Source: Mizuhopecten yessoensis
Taxonomy: Eukaryota
Assembly (NCBI RefSeq): GCF_002113885.1
Contig: NW_018480077.1
Span: 1,794,145 to 1,858,144, forward strand
DNA: 64,000 nucleotides
Reading direction: 5' to 3'
Shown: positions 24,439-38,191 of the stretch, in pieces
Numbering within the stretch: the first letter of the stretch is position 1
Layout of the letters: each line of letters begins with the position of its first letter
Position numbers and translations under genes: made by a program
Notes under the pieces: generated by a model
Database searches by the model: none
What the model saw: only the letters and a program-made list of their open reading frames with translations
What the model was told of the DNA's origin: nothing

Positions 24439-25223
24439 TGACAGTTTGCAATGCAGATATCCTACATCTCCAACACACTAAGCTCGTTTTACCCATTGCT
24501 AGAAGATACAAGTTACTGGACAGATGGGAAATCAAGTATATTTCCATCAAGACAAAGCAAGCCATTACACCAATCGGGACATTTTTTAGGCAAAACAGTG
24601 TCCAGATGTTAGGTTGACCTGAAAGGAGGTCTCCAGGTCTGTCACCCATAGATATTGTTTTGGAAAGGTGTCGACGCCGCCAAATCAGTCAAGTAACTTA
24701 TAAGATTTGAGGCGGCACATCAATGCGGTTACACAGGTAAATTAAGGATTCACCTGTTATTAGAATGCGTATTTTCGCAATGTCACCCCCATTAAAGACC
24801 TGCAAATTCATGCAGGTTCGACGGATTATTTTTATCTAATATATTTCAGACAGATGATCTCTACTTTAAATACTATATATCATATTATCTTAAATAACTC
24901 CATATATTTATATTCGTAAAAAAACCCCAATTATTTTATTAAGATTTTAACATGCGAAATGAAATACACTGCACAACTCTTTGTCACATTCACTTGAATA
25001 ACATTTCATTAGATAAGAAAATGAATTCAACTGTACATTATTGGTAGCCAGTATCTGAACAGTTAATAATACATTTCTGAACAAAGGTTTCAGGGAAATC
25101 TGGAAGGTGTGCCTTTATATCAAATGGCCTGAATACAAAATGTTATTGATCATTGACTCTGAGATAAGATAATCGCCCGCGACATATACCTATTTCTGGT
25201 AGGTGTTTTTCGTAATTTGTGCC

Positions 25224-28200
25224 ATGTATTTGTCCTTGACTGTTGTCTGCTTGGTGCTGGGAAGAGTGGTAGCCAATATCACTGGACAGCACCCCGTGTC
25301 CGGGACGTGTCTGTGCCTCAGCACCTCCAATGTCAACGCACATACAGGCCGTAAGTACTTGACATAATATCAACATTGCTTACTGCAGATTCTTCCCATT
25401 ATTTAACTGTTTGAAATTCATAAAGTATTTTTGTTATATTTCGGTACCAAAATAAACATAAACTTACCATCAATATCACGCCGAAAGGAAATTCAAAATA
25501 TAAGAACCAGACATTATATACAGACTTGAACGTTGGCTAGTCTCATAATAAGTAGCCCGAGTTTCCTCTGGCCCTTACACCAGACTTACATATTTTGACC
25601 ACTATCTGTCAAAATGTTTAAATCTGGTGTCAGGGCCAGAGGAAACTCGGGCTACATAATAAGTAGCTATCGTAAACATGTAATCTTACAACTTTCACCT
25701 GTCTATACAGTTCATACAGTTAACAGAAAATCACTTATGTTCGCGTTTGTACATCCCGAGACGTCAGCAATCCATGCATTCCCTTTATTAGAATGTACAA
25801 AGAAACCACATGGTCACGGTTCGTAAAAAACGCACATTCCCAAATGTCACCATACTAGTGCAAAACATAACTCTTGAAAAAGTACAATAAGGCACACACA
25901 TGGGCATAAGCAACAACTCCTACCTTCATATCACACAAATCTTTCCCAATGCGATGACGATGGCAATCACAGAATTTGTCACCATTTTCTGTCACAGAAA
26001 AATAGCATTCATAAAATTTACAGTAGGTAAAATCACAGCAAACTATGTTTATCCGTGTACATAAACCCAAATATAAACACTTTCACATAGCCATGCTGTT
26101 GCAACAAACCAATGATTAGTCTAATTAGCATATCTAGGTGTTTTTTTTAAAGATGGGTTTCTGCCAGAGTGTTTTGATTTTTTTTTTGCAAGTATCAAAG
26201 AAACTTTCCATAAGTACCAGCAATGAGAAAAAACAATCTATAGACTAGTGTACTTCATTAACACGAAATAGTTTGGGTTCATAATACATACTGTAGCTTA
26301 ATTTGGTCTAACCACTATCACAGTTCATACTATTTATGTGGCTCATTCGATTAATAGAAAAAGTTAAAAGGCGTGTTTGCAGATGTCAATACTGAATGTG
26401 TATACGTAACAAAAGGTAACAACCGAGAACCCTTGGATTTTAAAATTAGGTCGGTCACCACATGTAGAAAATATATGTGTCTCTATTTAACTAATAGCCT
26501 CTGGGGATGGGATATTGAAGTTCATCAAAACACCATTGGATTGGTTCATATTCCTGTCGTATTCTATGTAAACGTTGATAATGCTTCGAAACACATGCCG
26601 ATAATGCTTTAAAACTGTGAATGCCATCTGGAGGAATTCTCGTTTATTTGGCCAGGTGATCAATTATATATCGATTTAGGTGATATCAACATCACATACC
26701 CATTTAAGATCTGAAATAGTAACAAATAGAATTTTTGAACTATTAGTCATCTTAACGTTCTTATATATATATATCCTTTTCTAAGCTTGTTGTAATCTGC
26801 TTTTTCTGAGGTTCTCGTGACCTTACCTTACTTAATGTATATCTTTATTCCTCAGTTAACGACATCTTTGTTTCCTTTCTTCAGCTGTATATGTTGACTA
26901 GCTGTCCTTGGTGTACATTCCTCAATCTCGCCTGGCCATCATCTCCTCACCTCATCTAACTCTCCCGTTATGTTTTCCTTTCAGCTGGCCTCCATGAGCC
27001 GGTGCATGCGTCCTTGTCTATAAACCACTGCTACAAATTCCACGGTGGTATCCTCACCAAAGATGGCTACGAGTGGTACCAGCTTCAGAACGTTAATGGA
27101 GAGGTAACATAAAATGTCTATTTAAAAATGAAGTCTGATTTTGAAAGAATATTGGAACATGGCCATGTAAAATTATTAAAATGAGTATTCTTGATAACAA
27201 TCAAGAACTTTTTATATTATATTTTGTGTTTGATCCTTAACTATTGATTTAATTACAGTGGTTTGAAAAATAATTATAATAATTAAGCTTCTTGGCCTAT
27301 TACACCAAGACTAAAATATCGAGAAACATGATCTGTTGAATGGTAATGTTAAGTAATGCTATCATCCTTACAGATGATTTAATCACAATGTTTAGAATTA
27401 AGCAAAACAAGAAGAGTTTAGGTGGAAACTCTTTCTGAACAGGCTAAATCGGTGACTTGAGGGGTGAAAGCAAGTCTGTTTTGATGACTCCTTCACCAGA
27501 GCATATTAAAGCAACCAGGGATAGAGTTGTACTAGGAATCAAAGACTTACATCACGATCGTTGTGAATACTTCATGTGTATATGTATACGTAATGAGCCT
27601 CGTTTGTTAGACAATGTTGGTCATCCTACATATTTTTTTCTACATAGATATGTTCTTGAATCGTTTGAAGTGAAAATTAAGTCTCTGATATCATTTTGAT
27701 CCCAAAATTGATCAACATACTTAAAGCTCTTTGCAACCTGTTTTTTTTTTTTACTAACTTTACATTATAAGCAACACATCATCGTCTTTGTTAACTTCAT
27801 AACTGACATTCCCTACGTTATACGATGACTATTTTTAATTTTCGGTCATAGGATTTATATCAGAAATCTGTTTAAGTGCATATTCTCTTTTCAGAACCTT
27901 TGGGTAGTAGGGCGATACTTAAACATTGGATCTGATGTATCCCTATGTACTGGTAAGTACATTTTCTGTTCTGATCTGGCAGACTTTGATGAATGTTTGA
28001 TAAAAAGTTAAATTGACTTAAAAATCTATCACTGCTGGTTATCTATTTTTTTCACATTTTATTTTATTGCCCCACAACATTTGTTTTGAATACTGCCAGG
28101 GTTTGGGCCCTGAATTCAATATACTTACAAATATGTCCTCCTGCAAGAGGGCTATCTATTTATTGCTATTTCCCCCATAACAAATATACCAAATCAGTCT

Positions 28201-30372
28201 TAAAAAATGAAAATTAATTGCTTATATTTAGGAATTTCATATTTATTGAATATATAAACATTTATTGCTCATTCGACCACCTCCGTTTTATCAATTTGTC
28301 AGTTTTTGATATGCCACTAAATGTATATTTTCTTTAAAAGAATGAGTTTCAGTTTGGGAGTATTTGTATGAGGTTGAAATTCTTAATTAATACCAAACTT
28401 TTATCTTGATAGGTACAAGTGGTTTTTTTTTTTTTTTGCAATTGAAAACCCACACGTTGAAATGAACACTGCTCTGAGTAGCCACAAAAATACTGGATAT
28501 TTTTGAACGGAATATACCACTTTCGTAGAATATTGTAAATATGTTTAAAATCATATTGACACAATGTGGATTACAACTGAGTGAGATTGAGAGAATGAAG
28601 GTTCAGCGACAATCTCTGAAATTTTCACTCGGACTAAACCTATTTCTTAATCAACGTCAACAAATTTTACGTTTTATAACTGTACATTACAACACTTTTA
28701 TTCCAGCTGGAACTTCTTCATGTTCAGATACAACTGCTAAGAACCAAGCATGTGAAATTCTACAGCTACATAACTCTGGTCGAATCGTTCTCTGGGATCG
28801 CCATCCTTCGGGTAACCACGACAATGCCTATGCTTACAACAATATCCGGGATACTTGTAGGGGACTAGGAGCTTCTAGGTCAAGGTGTGTAACAGGATTT
28901 CTTATTTAATGCGATCTCACTTGCATGTTTCCATAATTATGCAAATGATGTATTAATATCTGTAAAATAAGGCAAAATTAAAATGTATGATTCCCCTGAT
29001 ATAATGTAATAATAATTACTGGTACTAAGTAAAAGGTATATATATTACGTTCAAATTATCTTTCAGCAAGGGCTGCCAGACAAAATATACAATCTATATG
29101 CAGTTGTATTGCGAGCCGTCAAATAAACTTCATATTTGTATATAACATTTCAGTTTACAATAACCTTTAAGCTGGACTTTGTGTTATTGAGTGTCGTAAA
29201 CTTTGTTGATCAGAAGCGCTTGTTTGATTCGTGTGTGACGTCATAATTTATGCATGTCTGTTAGTTCCGAGTGTCAAATTATTTGTTGATTACACACGTC
29301 TCGTAGATTCAAGCATTTCACTACCTGTGTTTTTTGTGTCATTTATAATCGATGTATGTAGGTTGAATACGCCTGTTACTTTCAGCTATTACTGCGACCT
29401 ATGTGGTAATAACACGCCTGGGGGTCACGTGTGTCTCAGTAGGACCCTGTTACAATTCATATACGATTTGGCCAAAGCAGGCAGCATGCATGTAAGTGAA
29501 AGCGCTGACCATTGAAAGTATTGACCAGTAAAACAACAAGAACTAGAACATTTAAAAAATTTGTGCTCTTAATTAAAATTTAGGTTGTGTATTAAAAAGT
29601 CAATAATGTTTTTCAAATGACTTTATTTTAAAATAGTGTTCAATTACTCAAATATAATTTAATTGGTTGGTTGATAATTTAGTGTTGCCTGTGCCAACAC
29701 TAAATTACCATTCTCGTTTAGTGCAATAGTAGAGAGTGAGACAATGGTAAAAAGTAGCGTTCGTATCAGTTTTGGGTCATCATATTAACAATGTAAGAGT
29801 TTTGTTTTGAAATTAAAAACTTTTATTAAAACCATTCTATTTCCACACTTACAAAAATAATTAAATTCCGCATGTGCATAATTAAATATCAGTGTGTCTA
29901 CATGTGATAGATCTTCATTTCAGCATTTTATCTTAAAATTGATCATTGCAATATTTACAAACACCTATGTTTCAGACAATGAAATGAATGTCAAACAATT
30001 TTAAGTTTTTCCATGTATGTATGTTTGAACATTTATTTTTGGCATTTGGTTTTTCTCATTTTTTTTTTAAACTGTGTGATGATGTAGTTTGTACATTGAG
30101 GTAGTGATCATTACATCCTTACACAGATACTTAATATTTATCATGTTTATTGTGTTATTGTTTTGTTCAGGGATAATACATATAGTGTAAGTTTCGTTCT
30201 ATGCCAGGTGAATGAAATAGCGGGGGCGTGTCACCACTGTAACTCCTCTCATTACAAAGGCACAGCTGTCGACATCCAGACCAGTTCCAGGAACACAGAG
30301 ATCATGGCCAAGTGTAGATCAATGGGAGGATTCGCTCTCGATGAGACCAGCCACATCCACTGTAACTTCTAA
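25224..30372 (+). CDS. Secreted SH3b-like + LAS/M15-type Zn metallopeptidase (putative peptidoglycan hydrolase), 250 aa; exons 25224-25350, 26985-27103, 27895-27952, 28707-28884, 29386-29491, 30208-30372
   Basis: All five introns are GT-AG with compatible phases (1,0,1,2,0); 753 nt open; gccATG start; hydrophobic signal MYLSLTVVCLVLGRVVA; SH3b-like CLCLSTSNVNAHTGPG...DGYEWYQL..VNGENLWVVGRYL; catalytic SHYKGTAVD and HIH; AATAAA at about 30377. Confidence 0.85.
25553..25654. mobile_element. Palindromic MITE with 9-bp TSD (Mutator-like) in intron 1 of the peptidase gene
   Basis: tagcccgagtttcctctggccct...agggccagaggaaactcgggcta flanked by cataataag on both sides. Confidence 0.85.
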
Positions 30373-31812
30373 CAAAATAAAAAATATATTTTCAAATTTG
30401 TTTTTTCGATCTCTGGAACTGTACAGAAAGTGATACTATATATACAACTGGGAAACTTTCGCTGCAGTTTAACAGCAATTTCATTTCTGTTAATATTTTA
30501 ACAGCATTTATAAACATAGTAGTTAAATGTGTTGTGCGAAATAAACACTGGGCGAAAATTGCTTTCAGAGGCAAAGGGCGGAAGTTTGACTGGGGGAAAA
30601 ATTCCCGGCATACAGTATTGAATATTTAGATTATGTTTCCTGAACCAGTCCTGAAGTAGAATATTAACTAGATGTTAACTGGACACTTGTGACATCATCG
30701 CTGTTTTAAGTATAGGTGAAGATGATTTGGGAGGCAAGCTTAGTGTTTAGAGAGTGTCTTATCATTTTGTGTGCTAGGGCTGTTCACAAACATTTTTCTC
30801 TGCTGTTGCAAAAATGAAAACGGAGGTAAGAAATGAATGGAGATTTCTTTGTGATATTAAAAACCACCAACAATTGTATCACTATTGTAATTCAAACAAT
30901 GTCTCTTTCATTATCAGTCATTTTTATCGATAAAAATATTATGTTGTTTATAGAATTATTTATTACTACACTGATCAGAAAATGTACATTGATGCTGATA
31001 TGATCCGCATTGTAAACTGATTGGTCAACATCAGCGTAGTGGAATGTGATTGATCAACATACGATTAATCGAATGTTACAACAGACTAGCGATGCGCATA
31101 TGGTCGCTGGTCGATGTCTTTGTATTCTTATACAATGGAAATGCCTCTACAGCACTGGTGTAGCTGTCAAGCCTGATAAGCATGATCATGTGTTAAATAT
31201 CACAGGATAAGTAAATGCTCCTGTTCTGAAAACAGGTATTGTGTAGAGCTAGAGTGGATATATTGATAACATATGTTAATAGAAAGTATTTTATATTGAT
31301 ATTTATCATCAAAATGACCTATGACCTTTGCTTACCTTTATGATTATTTCGATCTCTAATTACTTTGCTGTGGTATAAAAATGCAAAATAAAGGTAAGTT
31401 ATATTGATAGACATTGATACTCCGTCTTACCTATATTGGAGACCTTTAGAGGACTATTACATGAGCAAATGAAAGGTTTGTCAGATAGATCCATAAGTTT
31501 GACATGACCTTTTATATAATTTTTCATATGCTATTCCGTTTTCAATTTTGCAGTGATATGGTAATATACAAACACTTAGTTAAACTCTTTAAATTAGTAC
31601 AATATAAATTATAGATAAAACTGGGGTCTGTTTGATCTATATTCTATATCTATTCTTCAAATTATCACACATACATTAAAAATACAAAAGCTGCATCCTG
31701 ATGCCAGATATGTCCAAGGTAAAGTATATCAAGTGTTTCGCATACTGTGGTTCAACCTCACAGAGATGAAGTATTTAAATTAATGGAATTTCAATCTCAA
31801 TGACTTAAGTCT

Positions 31813-31882
31813 ACCTTTGATGAACAATTGTTAACCTTTGATGAACAATTGTTGACCTTTGATGAACAATTGTTGACCTTTG
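31813..31882. repeat. 21-bp tandem repeat x3
   Basis: Unit acctttgatgaacaattgttg. Confidence 0.8.
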
Positions 31883-32479
31883 ACTTAACTTACATTGTTA
31901 TAACATATCATGCACATAAAAATACGCAATATCGATTCATTTATATAACTGTTTCTACATATGTGATCTTTAGTGGCCTATATCGTGTCTTTTTCGTTTA
32001 GATTTACATTGCAAATGAAAAGTATATCACATTTATCAATATCGAAGAAGGATGGTTTTCGGTTATTTAAAAATGGAATCTCTTGACAATTAATTACCTG
32101 AACCATCGTACTACGGGGCCATTGACTTATTGTTCATTAAAGTTATTATAATTCGCCTCGGGTGACAGTGATACCCTCGGGGTGACCTTAGGCACTGTCA
32201 CACTCTAATGAATGTAGTATATATTTTATTGTACCGAAAGTCAGCATGGCGGTTGAAACGAACCATATGCGCATCTTATTTTACATCGCAAACACACTGT
32301 CACTCGCTGCTAGGGCGTTGGGAAGCACCCTTCTCTTGACTCAATGTTAAAGCGAATGTGACAGTGTTTGTCTCGACCAATCAGATTTCAGGATTTTCAC
32401 AAGATGTGTTATAATATGAAATGACAACGAATTTATAAAAGGATTTGTTTATTTGAACAGCCTTGTGGAAAACATATAA

Positions 32480-33145
32480 TAAAAATAAGTTTCAATGACT
32501 TCTAGGGTTTAACGAATTATGTTAACGGTATCTAGGCATAATTGAAGTAATGTCATCGAATACGAGGAATTAAGGTTGTTACCTCACCGACTTCTAGGGA
32601 TAGACGAGCTAACCAAACCGACTTGAAGGGATTTACGACTTTCCACACCGACAACTAGAGATTAATTAATCAACCACACTGACTATGAGAGATTAACAAA
32701 GTTACCTCACCGACTTCAATGGACTTACGAATTGACCAAGCCGACTACTATTGACTGACGGAGTTATTTTATCCTCAACTAAGATTCACGACTACTTGAA
32801 ATCAGTGTCTCATCAACTTCTAGGGACTAACAAAGTTACTTTACGAAATAATAGAGTTTATCAAAGGTATCTCGCCACCACTACGGAGGGATTAACGAAT
32901 TTACACGTATCTAACAGACAATATGGGTTACTGTCTACTACGGATTAAAGAAACTATCTTACCGACTTTTATAAATCATAGCGTCTTCCAGGGGTGAACG
33001 AAGTTGTTAAGTCGTCTATTAGACATCAGGCACCACTAGGGTGTTATCGACTTCCATAAGTTATCATTGTTATCAAACAAATCTGTCGAAAATATAACGT
33101 CAGAACACCAGAGGTGACTAGTAACCGCTTAATGAATTCACATAA
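32480..33145. repeat. Degenerate 31-bp satellite plus unique tail, paralogous to ~37540-39615
   Basis: gggattaacgaagttacctcaccgact-type units; tail ctcgccaccactacggagggattaacgaattta...aaccgcttaatgaattcaca matches 39358-39612. Confidence 0.75.
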
Positions 33146-34586
33146 TAATAATAATTTTTCCCCAATTGAATTTATGTACCGATAAGAAGATAATCGCATT
33201 TAAAAAGAATCGATAAGTTATTTATCTCAGTTATCAGACGCTTGCTAACGAGACTGTCAAGTTTTGATTTTGAATTCATATGAATACAATAAACAACAGG
33301 TTTTTAAGTTAACAGATGATTTTTTAGGGAGAGTCACTGAATCAGAACTGAAATTAAAATCTTTTGTTACACAGTATATATAGAAGACATCCGGGGCGAT
33401 AAAATGCTAGTGTCTCAAAATTTTGGTAGGATATAGGGAAAAGCTCCAAGATGATTTTTGCATCAAATAAAGTATAATCTAATTGAGAATTACGTGTACA
33501 TGTATGCTACATAATATGTTTTGTCATAAATGTACCATTGCATATTTCAAGGCACAGCAATATCAATTAATTTCCATACGGGTCACAAGATTTTAGATTT
33601 TTATCGACCGTCAAATCGTTGATATATATATATATTTTTAAATTTCAATTTAAACACACGTTTACAACCAATTGATTTCAATATCTCTAAGAATGCTGTT
33701 GAATATCTTTAAACTCAGTGTAGCTTTTAATATAAAGACATTTTTTTTAAATGGCTTAAAATAATCATAAAAGATGAATGTACTCTGAAAGATTCAGGTG
33801 AGATTCTGATTCTGATTGTGAAGAACAGTGTGAGTAACTTATATTTTCTAGTTATCACTCATCATATGGATGATGTATATATCCCTATTGTACGAGTCAC
33901 AGAGTGTTAAATCAGTATATCAACACACAAGCTACAATTGGTGTTGCCTAGTCCTACATGTATTGTATAATAAAGTAGCCGGATGAATCAGTTCACCTGA
34001 CTTAGTTATACTTTGTACTAGTGCTTAAATAAAAGGCTCTTGTTAATTGCATGCATTTTTGTAATTTAAAAGATTAACTAATCATTTGAGGAGTTGTTGG
34101 ATCTGTAATCAGTTACGAATTGCTCGTAATAAGTTAATTGCAATTGATTACCTTTACATTAGCATTTGCCCCATGCCTGCTAAAGATATCAGATTAGGAT
34201 ACCAAGAGGCCTCATATTGCTAATTACGTTTTGTTATAAGCTGTCCAATATGACAGTTTAAAAAATCCTGTTTGCGCTTCAGCGAAACAGTCTACTTATG
34301 AACTATTTTTATCTTAAAAGGGAAACAACTGTCAATGCACAATGTTAATTAAACTTATACATACTAGACTTGGTGCACGTATATTAGCAAGCCGATTTAC
34401 CCGGATCGTTGCTCAAAATATAAGTGTTATATATTTCATTTTCACACAATGCTGCCTTTCATAAAAAAAACTAAATAATGATGTTTTGATTCGTCTTGTT
34501 ATAACTTCTGGTGACAGGTATTTATAGATTAGGCATTTCCGCCAAAGAAAGATTGCTTATCATGTGAAAAATGATTTCGGTGACAG

Positions 34587-37248
34587 ATGTTTCGGACAGT
34601 GGCAAGCAATATGGTGTCTTCACTTTGGTTATGTTATATATTTTTGTATTTTTCTCGTGTTGGAACTTCACGAACAAGCGATACCATTCAAGCCCAATTA
34701 AATGAACTGAAACAGGAGCACGAAGAGTTCAGGAGAGATATTACGGCAAAGTTCAAGGTCGAAATATCAACATTGAAACACAGACTTAATGCGTATAAAG
34801 ATGTTCAAGATTTAATGATCGCGGATCTTACAAGGATGCACAGTAAGTGAACACTCTTGGATATCTTTAATTCAGCGATTGTTTTACTCACGTGTGAAAA
34901 TCCTGATCTTTAAATTTGAAACAATGTAATGAGAAACAATATGAAACATAATATTAATTTTCTAACTCATGTAAACATTAAACAGAATCGTGTATGAAGG
35001 AGTCTGAAGTCCCAAATGGTGAAAAGAATAAACGGATATTGCTAAGCGATCCGAACTACCTACAAAACGAGCTTCACCAAATACAGGTCAAACTACAGGA
35101 GTACGAAGTTGTCAAATCAGAGGTCGACGCTCTTCAAACACAAATTACTCATGGTAAGTATGTTTGATATGCGAAATAAAGTAATTAAATTTCAGCGTTA
35201 CACATATGTTAGTCATTATTCTGCGTGGAAACTATGTAGTCTCATCAATGACATTCTGTTTCTCTTACTGTTGAGAGGTATAACCACACTTTCCCCTGTG
35301 TGAGATATCCTTGTCTCACCACAGGATTGAGATGGGGGGGGGGGATCCCCTATTCATAGCAATTGTAATACGACAAGTCGACAATGCATCACCGTCTCCT
35401 CAACCCTGTATTTAGCCTGTAAGGTACTATTATTCCCCCCCTCCCCTCCCCTTGAGGCGAGATTTGTAATTTGGATCTCAACCCTCGGGGGAAGATTCTA
35501 GATTCTAACGTTGCCAAACGCTCGGCAGAGCCTCGTGTTCGCAACCTAAAATACCCGCCCTCGGGTTCAGATTCCCCTATCTCATCCTAAAGGAGATGAG
35601 ATATTCTATTATTCCCTGCTTCGTGATGCATACAGCTGAATCTAACCCGGTCTCGATGTCCTGCAGTGATTGAACGGTCCTGTATTTGTAACAGATTAAA
35701 TTATATAATTATAAATAAGAATTACACAAAAATGAAAACATTTATGCGTTTTAAAACCCTTTACTTTCGTCAGGAAGGATGTCAGTTTTACATGGTAACA
35801 TTTCATAGTGTCATTACTCACATAGACCGGAACAATATTGATTAGGACTCTGGTCCAAGGAAATTATTCTTTAATCTAATACCAAAATAGTGTTCTCTTT
35901 TATTTTATTACACCTTGAAATAAATACTTCTTTTTTTTTTATTAAACTTATTTTCTCTAAATGACCGCGGATTCATCATATTATTTCTTTATTTGAACAG
36001 CCTCGTAAGAGAGATATAAGGAGAATAAGTTCGTCCTGATGGATGTTGATATAATCTTTTACAGGTGACAAGGGTGCTGTGTACGTTCGGTGGGGGAGGA
36101 AGGACTGTTCAGATGGAAATACTACAGAGCTGGTCTACTCGGGTAAGTGTAAGTTGTAGGAGAGAGAGCGTGCTTAAAGTAAACATATACCAATTAGTCA
36201 TCAAAACTACAAGAGAGGCAACATAAGCCCCTCTAAATGGGGACTTTTAAATAAAGACGGAGGAGGTACACCAATAAGTCACCAAATCACTTATCAGTCT
36301 ATGCTGAGTTTTGAACAATGCAACTATTGTTTAGTATTTTGCTTGACCAATAATTGCAATATAATTATGTTTCGTGATAGACTTATTGAATGTCATATCA
36401 TTACATTCCTTTAAACTGGTATCTGGTGAAATGTTGCACATCGAATTGGGTTACAGACAATGGGAGGCAAACTTTTGAAAAAAAATGTTTTGTGTGCATA
36501 CAGTATAAAAAAATTCACATACAATATACAACATGTGACCTTTTCAAATTTGCATTAAGGCGATCTTACATAGCAAATTTAATAATCTATCAGACTTACC
36601 TAACATTTCGGCGACAAAATATCAATATGTAAACATTGATGTTCAAATAACAAGTTAAAATTCGGTGATGATAGATGATATAAGTTCTTGTTTTGAGTGT
36701 TAAGATATTAATTTACAGAAATCTAAACTTGTGCAGTTCAGTACGTAAATCAATAATATATTTCCTCTTAAGGTTACACCGGTGGATCCAATTATCAACA
36801 GTCTGGTGCTGCAGCAGAGTACGTGTGTCTACCTCCGGACCCGACTTGGGGACCACATAAAGACATCCGTACCTACGCTCCTGCTTATATGTACGGAGCT
36901 GAGTACGAAGATCCCATTCTATTTGGAATGCCTGACTACAAAGAAGACGTCCCCTGTGCTGTGTGTAGGAGCTCCACCCACTCCACTTCAATCATGATCC
37001 CAGCCCGGACTTCGTGCTATCCTGGATGGAAGGAAGCCTACCACGGGATTTTGTCGGCTGGTGCTTATAGCCATTCTGCTGCGACCCAATACGTTTGTGT
37101 TGACGGGACCCCTCAGACTCTGACAGGCGGTGGTAACACAGATGGTAATGGGAAGCTGTTTTATCAGGTGCGGACGGTTTGTGGTTCGCTGCAGTGTCCT
37201 CCGTACGAGAATGACAAGGTCCTTTCTTGTGTTGTCTGTCTCAAATGA
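34587..37248 (+). CDS. Secreted coiled-coil protein with 'short-chain collagen C4'-like C-terminal domain (~325 aa); exons 34587-34842, 34986-35153, 36065-36142, 36773-37248
   Basis: Three GT-AG phase-1 introns, 978 nt open; signal MVSSLWLCYIFLYFSRVGTS; coiled coil and KRILLSDP; domain YVRWGRKDC..LVYSGYTGGS...YVCLPPDP...DVPCAVC..MIPARTSCYPGW..EY/AY.G...C.VC; ATTAAA at 37265. The start could be 34587 or 34611. Confidence 0.85.
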
Positions 37249-38191
37249 GGCTGCATTGTGTGCCATTAAAATTACTTAATAGCATATTAAAATACTTCGT
37301 CATATTTGTTATCATAAGCACCTCTTTTGCATAGGGTTGAATATTTGTTTACATCTCCTTTCATCCAAAGCGGCAAAGTTACCTTATCGACTAATATGGA
37401 ACAACGAAGTTGCTTCCCGAACAACTACGAATTAGGGTCACCTATGGAATGACCTAGTTTCCTTTACGTCTAATTGGAATTAACAAATTTATCTCACATA
37501 CTACAAGGGGCTGCTTAAATATCTTCAATAACTGCCACGATTTAAAGAAGTTATTTAAACGGCATCTAGGCATTATCGAAGTAATGTCATTGACTACCAA
37601 GATTAACGAAGTTACCTCAACGACTTTTGGGGATTATCGAAGTTATCTCAAAGACTTCTAGGAATTAACAAAGATACTACAGAAGATTTCTAAAGAAACC
37701 TCATCGACTTCTAGACATTCACAACTAACCACACCGACAACAAAGAATTAACGAAGTTACCACACCTTCTACAGAAGATTTACGCCGACTACCAGGGATT
37801 AAAGAAGTTACCTCACCTACTTCAAGGGATTAAAGAACTATCCACACCGACAACAAGGAATAAACGAAGTTTTTTCGCCTACTACAGAGAATTAACAAAC
37901 TTACCTCATCGACTACCAGGGATTAAATAAGTTACCTCACAAACTTCAAGGGATTACACCGATATTAGGAATTAACTAAGTTACCTCACCTGCTTAAGAT
38001 AGTTAGCGATATTACCACACCGACTACCAGGGATTAACGCAGTTACCACACCTAATTCAGAGGAATAACGAACTTGCCACATCGTCTACCAGGGATTAAC
38101 GATGGTACCTCACCTACAACAGAGAAATTACGAACCTACCACACCGACAACAAAGAATTAACGAAGTTTCCTCACCTACTTCAAGAGATTA

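Noticed and set aside
25090-25105. NF-kB site (gggaaatctg) upstream of the peptidase
   Set aside because: Does not fit the GGGRNWYYCC 3' half; likely chance.
25143-25376. Minus-strand ORF MLILCQVLTAC... resembling a secreted peptide
   Set aside because: Antisense shadow of exon 1 of the plus-strand peptidase gene, which has a Kozak ATG, signal peptide, GTAAGT donor and in-frame downstream exons.
30208-30372. Hedgehog-family gene
   Set aside because: Shares the LAS Zn motif but lacks the CGPG N-terminus and Hint domain; the protein ends right after H-x-H and has an SH3b-like N-terminus.
25224-30372. Bacterial contamination as source of the peptidase
   Set aside because: Five spliceosomal introns, a poly(A) signal, an intronic MITE and animal neighbours (DAD1, ZNF507-like).
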